Positions 19,142-26,998 of a DNA stretch of 52,344 nt are shown piece by piece. The stretch lies in the NCBI GenBank assembly GCA_017475525.1, contig JAFVFH010000036.1, forward strand, positions 1-52,344, written 5' to 3'. Source of the DNA: Alphaproteobacteria bacterium (lineage in GTDB: Bacteria; Pseudomonadota; Alphaproteobacteria; RF32; CAG-239). The notes below the pieces were generated by a model, which had not been told where the DNA came from, did no database searches, and saw nothing but the letters and a program-made list of their open reading frames with translations. The position numbers and the translations under genes were made by a program. Within the stretch, counting starts at the first letter, position 1. Every line of letters starts with the position of its first letter.

Positions 19142-20170
19142 TTATTTATAGCGCAGTTTGAAGGTGTTGCCGGTTGGTTTGGAAACCTTCGTAGCCTCTT
19201 CAATGGTGTAGATGCGCTTGTTTTTATATCCGATGACATTACCGTCTTTATCAACGATAGTATAACTGCCGTCATTTTCATTGTAAATTTCTTTGTTTGA
19301 GCTTCTCATCGGTGCTTGTATCATGTTATATGTTCCTTTTTGATAACCTGCGGTGAGCATGTTCGCCTCACAAACGGAGATTTTTCCGGTGCAATGAATC
19401 GTAATCCCTTCCAATGGAAGATCCCTATCAAAACCATCGGCAAAGAAAATTCGACCATCGCTGTATGATATAACGTAATCGTTTGCATCAGGATATTGGG
19501 TAAAATATGCCATTGCTGCATCAACATCTTTTTGTGTGAAATAACCTGTTTCTATCCTTTCTTGTAATTGAAATTTGCCAAAATCATCGTCATAAATCAT
19601 ATATCTTGGAATTAAAATATCTTTTTCTGATGTTCTGATGGGTGTATGTTCCCCAATAGTGACATCTGTAAGTGGGACATTATAAAAGGCGTATGCTCCT
19701 ATGATCTCGACCGAATCGGGAATATCTATGCTCTGAAGCGATGAGTTTTGAAATGCATGCTCCCCAATTTTAGTTACACTATCTGGAATATTAATAGAAC
19801 TTAAAGTGTGAGATTCAAAGGCAAATTCTCCAATTTCTTTTAGTCCTTCAGGAAGATTCACACTTTGCATATGATTGTAAAATTCAATTCTATATGCAAA
19901 TGCCCCATTAGGTATTCTTTCTATACCTTTTTCAAGAGTTAAAGAAAAATTATCTTCATTAAGTTTGTTGCGAACTTCGTTATTCCAGACTTGTACAAAA
20001 TTTGCCGGTATTGTGTAAGTTATGGATGAATCATTTGGGCCGAGAATAAGTTGCCTCGTTTCGGAATTAAAAGTCCATTTGCAATTAGTGCCACAATCAT
20101 CACCCGTAAGAATTTCGGCATTTGCATGAAAAGTTGCAGCCAACCCCAAAATCAAAATCAATTTTCTCAT
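19142..20170 (-). CDS. Secreted BspA-type LRR protein with conserved C-terminal tail
   Basis: Signal peptide. CGTNCKWTFNSETRQLILG opening followed by IPDSV..IG..AF repeats. Ends in KRIYTIEEATKVSKPTGNTFKLRYK. Confidence 0.8.
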   Translation of the reverse strand: MRKLILILGLAATFHANAEILTGDDCGTNCKWTFNSETRQLILGPNDSSITYTIPANFVQVWNNEVRNKLNEDNFSLTLEKGIERIPNGAFAYRIEFYNHMQSVNLPEGLKEIGEFAFESHTLSSINIPDSVTKIGEHAFQNSSLQSIDIPDSVEIIGAYAFYNVPLTDVTIGEHTPIRTSEKDILIPRYMIYDDDFGKFQLQERIETGYFTQKDVDAAMAYFTQYPDANDYVISYSDGRIFFADGFDRDLPLEGITIHCTGKISVCEANMLTAGYQKGTYNMIQAPMRSSNKEIYNENDGSYTIVDKDGNVIGYKNKRIYTIEEATKVSKPTGNTFKLRYK

Positions 20171-20191
20171 ATTTTTTTTCCTTTACAAAAT

Positions 20192-20352
20192 AAAAACCGT
20201 TTAAGATAAACCAAAAACGGAGGAGCTAGAAAACTGCCATTGCACAGCTTGCTTTATTCGTGCGTCTGAATACGCCTTATTTCAACAACTCCTCTGCAAA
20301 GGAGCTATACAATGGATGTGTTTTCTAAACACCGCAACCATTTTGGTTACAT
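20192..20352 (-). promoter_or_regulatory. Structured leader RNA, copy B
   Basis: Promoter TTTACT(20381-20386)-17-CATAAT(20358-20363). The 5' 27 nt are identical to copy C. Same helices as the other copies, with terminator CCGTTT/AAACGG plus T5. Confidence 0.7.
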
Positions 20353-20523
20353 TCTGTATTATGGCATATCTCAAATCAAAAGTAAATAAAAAATATTGCA
20401 TTTTTTTCAATTAAATATATCATAAAAATACTTGTTTTGATTTTTAGTCACTTATTAACAATATTTATTATGAAAATCGATTGTATTATTTTAGTGCCTC
20501 AAAAAACATATTGGGGCGGAAAA

Positions 20524-21063
20524 ATGAGATTCTTGGGAGAAATAGACAAGTTTCTTTTAAGAGAGCTTCCTATGCAGCGTCTTTTGGCTTTGAAAGATGT
20601 TCCGCCGGAAAATTTCGGTAAAGAATTATCAAATCTCGTTTCAAGTATCGGCATGGAGCTTGGAATGAGGCTTCTGAAAAGCGAACATTATGTTTTGCCT
20701 CTTATCGAATTGACGGAAACTGAATCCTTGACCGAGCTTGAGGTTGTTGAAGCTTGGCGTGACATTACCTTTCTCAGCGCCGTGCAAGAGCTTTGGAAAC
20801 AATCCAAAGAAGATACAGCTTTCACACTTTTGCTTGAACAGACCTTAGAAAAAGAGATTGCCCTCTGCTCTCGTTATGAAAAAGTGTGTGCAAAGTCATC
20901 TCTGTTTATGAAAAAGGCAAAACGACAACAGCTTCAAAGGATCTTAAATGAGCTCTCGGCACAGTCCTGTCAGGAAACGCTTTACCTCTACGGCATAATC
21001 GTTTATGCCAAAACGCTGTTTTTGATCAAGGGGCTTAACGCAGACAAATTTTCCTTCAAATAA
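20524..21063 (+). CDS. Hypothetical protein (predicted helical, no recognised domain)
   Basis: Long ORF. ATG 20524 is preferred (GGCGGA 4 nt upstream) over TTG 20437. No family recognised. Confidence 0.45.
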   Translation: MRFLGEIDKFLLRELPMQRLLALKDVPPENFGKELSNLVSSIGMELGMRLLKSEHYVLPLIELTETESLTELEVVEAWRDITFLSAVQELWKQSKEDTAFTLLLEQTLEKEIALCSRYEKVCAKSSLFMKKAKRQQLQRILNELSAQSCQETLYLYGIIVYAKTLFLIKGLNADKFSFK

Positions 21064-21084
21064 AAATGAGGAAGTCGTGTTTAT

Positions 21085-21113
21085 AAAAAAGAGGTCGTCA
21101 AGACCTCTTTTTT
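21085..21113. terminator. Bidirectional terminator; identical copy at 19093..19122
   Basis: AAAAAAGAGGTCgtcaaGACCTCTTTTTT. Confidence 0.8.
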
Positions 21114-21510
21114 ATTGCAATTTTTTGCGCATTTCATCAGGGATTCGTGTCGGTCTGTGACGATTGATGTTGATGTAAACAAGCGTTACTCTCACATCGG
21201 CCAAAAGCTCATCTCCTTTTTTAACCTCTTGATGAATCACAACCGAAGAGTTGCGCAGTTCTTCAATTTCGCACGAAACGGAAAGCAAATCATCTAAAAA
21301 AGCTGATTGCTTGTAGTCTATTTCGGCGTGTCTTGCGACAAAACCACACCTGTCGCCGTCTTTATTTGTTTCAACCGTCCAACCTTGTGCACGCATAAAT
21401 TCCGTTCTGGCGCGCTCGGCAAATTTCAAATAGTTTGCGTAATAAACAATTCTTTCGGCATCAGTGTCTTCATAATACACCCTGACAGGAATTTTAAAAA
21501 CATCAGTCAT
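21112..21510 (-). CDS. ybgC: Acyl-CoA thioesterase, YbgC family (4HBT hotdog fold)
   Basis: [35 protein letters not shown]. Position after ruvAB is typical. Start at ATG 21510 gives an 8-nt overlap with ruvB. Confidence 0.85.
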   Translation of the reverse strand: MTDVFKIPVRVYYEDTDAERIVYYANYLKFAERARTEFMRAQGWTVETNKDGDRCGFVARHAEIDYKQSAFLDDLLSVSCEIEELRNSSVVIHQEVKKGDELLADVRVTLVYININRHRPTRIPDEMRKKLQ

Positions 21511-22576
21511 TATTTTCGCTTTCAATATTTTTTAACAAATCAAATTGCCCGTTGTCATATTTGATTTTGCCATAAGGCAAACCGAGATATTTATATCCTT
21601 GCTCGGAAATCACGCGTCCGCGCGGGGTGCGGGCAATAAATCCGAGCTTTAGCAAAAACGGCTCAACAACTTCTTCAATCGTATCGCGTTCTTCAGAAAG
21701 CGCGGCGGCTAACGTGTCTGCTCCGACAGGCCCACCGCCATAGTTTTTGGCGATGCAGTTCAAATAGCGCCTGTCAAACATATCAAGCCCGTAGTTGTCA
21801 ACATCCAAACGTTTTAAGGCTGTGTCGGCGAGAGCGTTGTCAATCTCCGCTCCTCCGCTCACAGCGCCAAAATCACGCACGCGCCTGAGCAATCTTCCTG
21901 CAACACGCGGTGTGCCGCGCGAGCGTTTGGCAATTTCCATCGCGCCTGTTTCCGAAATCGGCATACCAAGCAATTTTGCGCCGCGAAGCACAATTTTTTT
22001 CAGGTCTTCATGGGTGTAAAAATCAAGCCTTAAAGGGATTCCGAAACGTTCTCTCAAAGGTGTGGATAAAAGTCCCGAGCGCGTTGTGGCGCCAACGAGC
22101 GTAAACGGTTGCAGGTCTATTTTGACCGAGCGTGCGGACGGACCTTCCCCGATGATTAAATCAAGCTGAAAATCTTCCATGGCGGAATATAAAACTTCTT
22201 CAATGGCGGGGTTCAAACGGTGAATTTCATCAATAAACAAAACATCGTTCGGTTCCAAATTTGTGAGGATTGCCGCCAAATCGCCGGATTTTGAAATCAT
22301 CGGTGCGGAAGTTGCCTTAAAATTCACGCCGAGTTCTTTGGCGATAATGGAAGCAAGCGTTGTTTTGCCTAAGCCCGGAGGGCCGAAAAGCAACACATGA
22401 TCCATTGCTTCACCGCGAGATTTTGCCGCTTCGATAAAAACTTTAAGATTTTGCTTCGCGCCCTCTTGTCCGATAAAATCCGAGAGCTTTTCCGGTCTGG
22501 TGTTGACGGGAATATTGATATCTTTTCGCTCGTCTTCGGGCAAAGGCTGCAAGCTCACAATGCGTTCATTTTCCAT
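21503..22576 (-). CDS. ruvB: Holliday junction branch migration helicase RuvB
   Basis: Walker [16 protein letters not shown], and [16 protein letters not shown]. Confidence 0.95.
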   Translation of the reverse strand: MENERIVSLQPLPEDERKDINIPVNTRPEKLSDFIGQEGAKQNLKVFIEAAKSRGEAMDHVLLFGPPGLGKTTLASIIAKELGVNFKATSAPMISKSGDLAAILTNLEPNDVLFIDEIHRLNPAIEEVLYSAMEDFQLDLIIGEGPSARSVKIDLQPFTLVGATTRSGLLSTPLRERFGIPLRLDFYTHEDLKKIVLRGAKLLGMPISETGAMEIAKRSRGTPRVAGRLLRRVRDFGAVSGGAEIDNALADTALKRLDVDNYGLDMFDRRYLNCIAKNYGGGPVGADTLAAALSEERDTIEEVVEPFLLKLGFIARTPRGRVISEQGYKYLGLPYGKIKYDNGQFDLLKNIESENND

Positions 22577-22579
22577 TTT

Positions 22580-23221
22580 TTATATATCCTTTTTTGCAAA
22601 TTCTTTCAAAGCAAGCCTGATGAGCTCTTGAAGAGGTTGGTCGCTGTTTGTGCCGTAAACTTTAGTGGCGGCCTTGTAAGCTTCTAACCGCTGATATCCC
22701 AAATTGACAAGAGCGGAAATCACATCCTCTAAAATATCACTTTGTTCATCTTTGAGGGCGAGAGAACTTGTACTTAAATCCGTATCTGCCAAATCTTCAA
22801 GCTTGACATCACCCAGTGGTGCGGTAACGACCTTGTCTTTGAGCTCAGTCACAAGCCTTGCTGCCAATTTCGGTCCGACACCCGAAGCACGCGAAAACGA
22901 GGCTTTATCTTGCGCGGCAACGGCTTGGGCAAGTTGCGACGGGGTGAGGGCAGATAAAATGCTCAAACAAACTTTTGCGCCCACACCTTGAACTTTTGTG
23001 AGCGTTAAGAACCACTCTTTTTCCCAAGCGTCATAAAAGCCGTAGAGTGAAATGGAATCTTCACGCACCACCGTTTCAATGAGCAAAGTTGCTTCCATAC
23101 CCCTCACGAGTTTTGAAAGCGTGCGCGATGAACAGGCCACCAAATACCCCACACCGTTCACATCAACAATACAGCTGTCTTCATAAACGCTGTCTATGAT
23201 GCCTCTTAATTTTGCAATCAT
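22580..23221 (-). CDS. ruvA: Holliday junction DNA-binding protein RuvA
   Basis: MIAKLRGIIDSV...VDVNGVGY...LYGF, HhH region (VQGVGAKVCLSIL, ASGVGPKLAARL). Sits upstream of ruvB. Confidence 0.95.
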   Translation of the reverse strand: MIAKLRGIIDSVYEDSCIVDVNGVGYLVACSSRTLSKLVRGMEATLLIETVVREDSISLYGFYDAWEKEWFLTLTKVQGVGAKVCLSILSALTPSQLAQAVAAQDKASFSRASGVGPKLAARLVTELKDKVVTAPLGDVKLEDLADTDLSTSSLALKDEQSDILEDVISALVNLGYQRLEAYKAATKVYGTNSDQPLQELIRLALKEFAKKDI

Positions 23222-23304
23222 CTTTTTTCCTTCAAAAATATGCTCAAATTTTATAAAACATATCAGACAAACGCAAGTCTTTTATGCCCGTTCATCACAG
23301 CTTA

Positions 23305-23458
23305 AAAAATCCTCATTTTTTATCAAAAAATTCTTGACAAAAATCGAAGGGAGGGTAAAATGGAAGTACAAACAAATTAGTATGGATAAAGTTATGTCAA
23401 CTATTAGCCGTGTGCTATCAGATGATAAGATTTTTTATGCTTTTATATTTTGTTTATA
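23305..23458 (+). repeat. Cassette 5' block, copy 1 (promoter plus conserved leader/uORF)
   Basis: About 85-90% identical by eye to 25332..25484. Contains TTGACA-16-TAAAAT and the uORF MSTISRVLSDDKIFYAFIFCL (23394..23459). Confidence 0.85.
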
Positions 23459-23485
23459 ATATTTAACTTATAAATTATTTTAGTT

Positions 23486-23860
23486 ATGAAAAAAATTGTC
23501 GTTTTCTTCGCTCTCCTCCTTACCCTTACCATGGTGCCTTGTTTCTCTCAGGAGAAAAAGGATACTACGACCACCAAAGCCGCAACGACGATCTCAGTCA
23601 CACCCGGATATCGTCTTGTCAAAAGGGTTACCATTATGCCAGAAGACAATCTTGGCGGTCCTTATGTTGTATTGTTGTTGGATCATGGCCAAATGGTCGA
23701 AATCCGACACCAAATCGGAGAAACATATTACCACAGACCAATTTATGGCACGGAAAAAAAAGCCTTTACGCTTCATCCGGGCGACGAAGTAATGATACGT
23801 CCGGATAGAAGAGGGAACTACATTCTAGTTAACGTTAAGTACTACATGCATACTTTATAG
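23486..23860 (+). CDS. Small secreted hypothetical protein (cassette 1 cargo)
   Basis: Signal peptide MKKIVVFFALLLTLTMVPCFSQ. No family recognised. Confidence 0.55.
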   Translation: MKKIVVFFALLLTLTMVPCFSQEKKDTTTTKAATTISVTPGYRLVKRVTIMPEDNLGGPYVVLLLDHGQMVEIRHQIGETYYHRPIYGTEKKAFTLHPGDEVMIRPDRRGNYILVNVKYYMHTL

Positions 23861-23876
23861 TTAATGTTAAGTTCAA

Positions 23877-23960
23877 GTAGTAACGTATAGCACACGAACC
23901 CCTCGGATTTTTGAAGTTTATCATGAAAATGATCTGCTTTGAAATACGAGGGATTTTTTA
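23877..23960 (+). repeat. Cassette 3' block, copy 1 (conserved sequence plus terminator)
   Basis: GTAGTAACGTATAGCACACGAACCCCTCGGATTTTTGAAGTTT matches 25703... CCCTCG pairs with CGAGGG (23947-23952), followed by T6. Confidence 0.8.
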
Positions 23961-23962
23961 TT

Positions 23963-25204
23963 TTAAAGCTCATCTTGGAGCAGAAAGTCTTTTAAGCCGA
24001 GTGTTAATATCCCATTATCATCAAAATAAGGCATAATGTCATTTTTTGTGACGATAATTTTCTTAAAACTGTCGTTTATTTTTAAAAGTGGGCGCTTTTC
24101 TTGAATTTGTTTTTCTTCAGTCGGCATTGAAAGTGCAGATTGAATATAATATTTTTTATTACCCTTGTTTGCAATAAAATCCACTTCAATCTTTTTGGGT
24201 TTATAACTCTCATTTGTTTTTTCATAAATATCAAGCTCTCCGATATCTACTTCAAAACCTCTGATTTTTAGCTCATTATAAATCACATTTTCCATAAGAT
24301 GAGATTCTTCAAGTTGCCTGAAATGTAAGCGGGCATTTCTTAACCCGACATCCGTAAAGTAGTATTTTGACGGCGTATTGATATATTTTTTGCCTTTGAT
24401 GTCATAGCGCAAAACTTTATCTAAGATAAATGAATCTTCCAGATAATTAAGATATGTTTTAATCGTTGGAGCTGAAATATCGGAATGTTTGAGAGTTTGA
24501 AATGTGTCTGAGAGCTTTTGCGGATTAATCAGACACCCGACGCATGAAGCAATGATATCTGTCAATTCGCTTAATTCTTGATTGTTTTTAATATTGTTTC
24601 GTTCTTCAATGTCCTTAAAATATGTTTCTAAAAACAAATCTTTCAGATATTTCACTTTTTCATCATCTGTGTTTTGGAGCACGGCAAGAGGCATTCCTCC
24701 GAAAGTATAATACTGACGCCACGCGTCTTCAAAATGATCGCCGAAAGCATCAAAAAATTCTTTAAAACTTAAAGGGAAAACTCTAATTTCGTCACCGCGT
24801 CCGCGAAATTCTGTGACAACATCGGTTGATAAAAATTTTGAATTAGAACCTGTCACATACACGTCTAAATTTTTAATGTGTAAAAAGCCATTTAAAACAT
24901 CTTCAAAATTGCCCATCATTTGCACTTCATCAAGCAAAAGATAGTGCATTTTTTCATCTTTAATGGAAGCTTTAACATATTGATAACAATTATCCGGATT
25001 GCGATATTCACGCTTTGCATAATCATCTAAGGCAAGGTGTATAATATGGTCTTTTTTAACACCGCTGCCCAAAAGGTGTTTTTGGAACAATTCGCTCAGA
25101 AGATATGATTTTCCTGACCGCCGAATACCGCTGATGATTTTAATAAGCCCGTTGTGTTTGTGCGAAATAATTTGATTCAAATATCTGTCTCTTGCAATTT
25201 TCAT
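23963..25204 (-). CDS. AAA-family ATPase with DUF4143-type C-terminal domain
   Basis: Walker A GIRRSGKS. Walker B-like LLLDEVQ. 413 aa overall, matching the AAA_14/DUF4143 architecture as recalled. Confidence 0.7.
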   Translation of the reverse strand: MKIARDRYLNQIISHKHNGLIKIISGIRRSGKSYLLSELFQKHLLGSGVKKDHIIHLALDDYAKREYRNPDNCYQYVKASIKDEKMHYLLLDEVQMMGNFEDVLNGFLHIKNLDVYVTGSNSKFLSTDVVTEFRGRGDEIRVFPLSFKEFFDAFGDHFEDAWRQYYTFGGMPLAVLQNTDDEKVKYLKDLFLETYFKDIEERNNIKNNQELSELTDIIASCVGCLINPQKLSDTFQTLKHSDISAPTIKTYLNYLEDSFILDKVLRYDIKGKKYINTPSKYYFTDVGLRNARLHFRQLEESHLMENVIYNELKIRGFEVDIGELDIYEKTNESYKPKKIEVDFIANKGNKKYYIQSALSMPTEEKQIQEKRPLLKINDSFKKIIVTKNDIMPYFDDNGILTLGLKDFLLQDEL

Positions 25205-25212
25205 CTTGTCCT

Positions 25213-25254
25213 CATTTTAGAAAATATATAATATCTCACTTTTTCTAAAATAGA
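25213..25254. repeat. 42-bp repeat R1 containing a 10-bp inverted repeat (TTTTAGAAAA..TTTTCTAAAA)
   Basis: About 35 of 41 positions match R2 (25286..25327). Abuts the RBS of the ATPase gene. Confidence 0.75.
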
Positions 25255-25285
25255 AATAACATAAAAGATGTATATTGTCAAGGCA

Positions 25286-25327
25286 TATTTTAGAAAACAT
25301 CTGATATCTTACTTTTTCTAAAACAGA
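25286..25327. repeat. 42-bp repeat R2 (paralog of R1)
   Basis: Same palindromic arms as R1. A minus-strand TTGACA (25276-25281) lies between R1 and R2. Confidence 0.75.
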
Positions 25328-25331
25328 TGGC

Positions 25332-25484
25332 AAAAATCCTCATTTTTTATCAAAAAACTCTTGACAAAAATCGGGGGGGGGTAAAATGGAAGTAATAAAC
25401 AAATTAGTGTGGATGATTTATGTCAACTATTAGCCGTGTGCGATCGGATGATAAGATTTTTTCATACTTTATATTTTGTTTATT
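25332..25484 (+). repeat. Cassette 5' block, copy 2
   Basis: Paralog of 23305..23458. Contains the uORF MSTISRVRSDDKIFSYFIFCLLKPNV (25420..25500). Confidence 0.85.
25361..25387 (+). promoter_or_regulatory. Sigma70-like promoter with a G9 homopolymer in the spacer
   Basis: TTGACA(25361-25366), a 15-nt spacer containing G9 (25373-25381), then TAAAAT(25382-25387). Copy 1 has a 16-nt spacer with the interrupted sequence GAAGGGAGGG. Confidence 0.6.
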
Positions 25485-25517
25485 AAAACCGAATGTTTAA
25501 CAATTAAAATAGAAGTT

Positions 25518-25706
25518 ATGAAAGTTATCTTTGTAATTCTCAGTGTAGTATTTGTTCTCTTTTCCATTATGATGAGTATTCTTCTCATTAACTGGAAAAA
25601 GACATCTCATTCCATAAAAGAATGGGATTTCAGAGATTGGCTTTCCGTTTCACTTTGTGTGACGGAAATGCTGGTCTCGCTCATACTGTGCTACTTGCTG
25701 ATGTAG
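25518..25706 (+). CDS. Small two-TM membrane protein (cassette 2 cargo)
   Basis: 62 aa with two hydrophobic helices (VIFVILSVVFVLFSIMMSILLI; LSVSLCVTEMLVSLILCYLL). ATG 25518 aligns with the ATG of cassette 1. Confidence 0.5.
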   Translation: MKVIFVILSVVFVLFSIMMSILLINWKKTSHSIKEWDFRDWLSVSLCVTEMLVSLILCYLLM

Positions 25707-25785
25707 TACACGTAGCACACGAACCCCTCGGATTTTTGAAGTTTTTTACGCAAGTGATTGACTAAAAAATCCGAGGCTTTTTTTA
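25703..25785 (+). repeat. Cassette 3' block, copy 2 (conserved sequence plus terminator)
   Basis: GTAGTACACGTAGCACACGAACCCCTCGGATTTTTGAAGTTT. CCTCGGATTTTT pairs with AAAAAATCCGAGG, followed by T7. Confidence 0.8.
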
Positions 25786-25861
25786 TTTTAATTTCCCTCT
25801 TTATTTTTATTCAAAATAGATTATATTTGAAAAATCTGATAAAATAAGTTGGAGAAAGTTC

Positions 25862-26998
25862 ATGAAAAAAAGGTTACTTTTAAGCTGTTGCGCAATATTG
25901 TTTGCCTCAAATGCCAATGCGCGCAGTTTGTCAACGGACTACTCAATGTTCAAATATTGGCTCAACAAAAACTACGGTTTGGATTACGGCGTGGATATTT
26001 CGGTTATGCCGCAACGCGGTGCTCCATCTGGCAAATACAACGCTGTTCAAGCTTATATTTATCCGTATCTGACATGGACGAACTTCAAAAACGAGTATGG
26101 TACCGGAAGCCTTAATATGGCTTATTCCATCATCCGTTACGGAAATCATGATGCCTCGGATATCGGAAATCGTATGGGGGTTATCAGCGCCATCAATGAT
26201 TATGACGACAAAACAAACGAGTTCAACGAACTGTATTACAGTTATCAGCTCGGCGGTTCTTGGAACTGGCTCACGTTAGGTTTAGGTCAATTTCCGATTT
26301 ATAATTGGGACGGCTCGGATTATAACTCAAATCAGCAGGTCAATTTTATTAACTATGCTTTGTCGCAAAACCCATCTTCAACTTATTCAACTGCTGGCGT
26401 CGGCGGTTTTGCAACTGTTACGCCAAGTAATGAATGGAGCTTTACACTCGGTGCACAAGATGCCACAAATGTGGACGGCATCAGCGTTCAGCTCAATAAT
26501 TTTGGTGACGGCCATTTCACAACATTTGGGCAGGCCGAATGGACACCGACGAATAAATTGGGCGAAGCTCAAGTTTCCGTGTTGCTCTATAATCAACCGG
26601 GGGTGAAAGAACAACCGCAAACAACAAACGGTTGGTCTTTGAACTGGTCGCAAAACATCGGTGAAAAATGGAATATTTTTGCGCGTGTCAATGGTGTTTC
26701 GGGGCATATGGATACCGTTGAGCAGTCTTGGTCAGGAGGGGTGGTCTATTTAAATCCTTTGGGCAGAAACTCGCTTGATCAAATCGGTTTTGGTTATGCC
26801 TTAAATAAAATCAATGAAGAAGCTGTCGGAGAGCCTTTGGCACACGATACGGAGCATGTTTTTGAAGCATACTGGGCATGGGGTTTTTCAAAATGGATGA
26901 CCATAACACCGGATTTCCAATTTTATATCCACCCTGCGCTTAATCAAAAGTCAGACTATGGCACAGCTGTATCTTTAAGATTGACGTTGTTTTTATAG
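25862..26998 (+). CDS. Putative outer-membrane beta-barrel porin
   Basis: Signal peptide (ILFASNANA). Alternating aromatic/polar strand patterns. C-terminus ..SLRLTLFL. Family not resolved. Confidence 0.45.
   Translation: MKKRLLLSCCAILFASNANARSLSTDYSMFKYWLNKNYGLDYGVDISVMPQRGAPSGKYNAVQAYIYPYLTWTNFKNEYGTGSLNMAYSIIRYGNHDASDIGNRMGVISAINDYDDKTNEFNELYYSYQLGGSWNWLTLGLGQFPIYNWDGSDYNSNQQVNFINYALSQNPSSTYSTAGVGGFATVTPSNEWSFTLGAQDATNVDGISVQLNNFGDGHFTTFGQAEWTPTNKLGEAQVSVLLYNQPGVKEQPQTTNGWSLNWSQNIGEKWNIFARVNGVSGHMDTVEQSWSGGVVYLNPLGRNSLDQIGFGYALNKINEEAVGEPLAHDTEHVFEAYWAWGFSKWMTITPDFQFYIHPALNQKSDYGTAVSLRLTLFL

Noticed and set aside
23196-23459. 87-aa plus-strand ORF spanning the ruvA start and the cassette leader
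   Set aside because: It overlaps the ruvA 5' end and the predicted promoter. Only its last 21 codons (the MSTISRV... uORF) are conserved in the second cassette copy.
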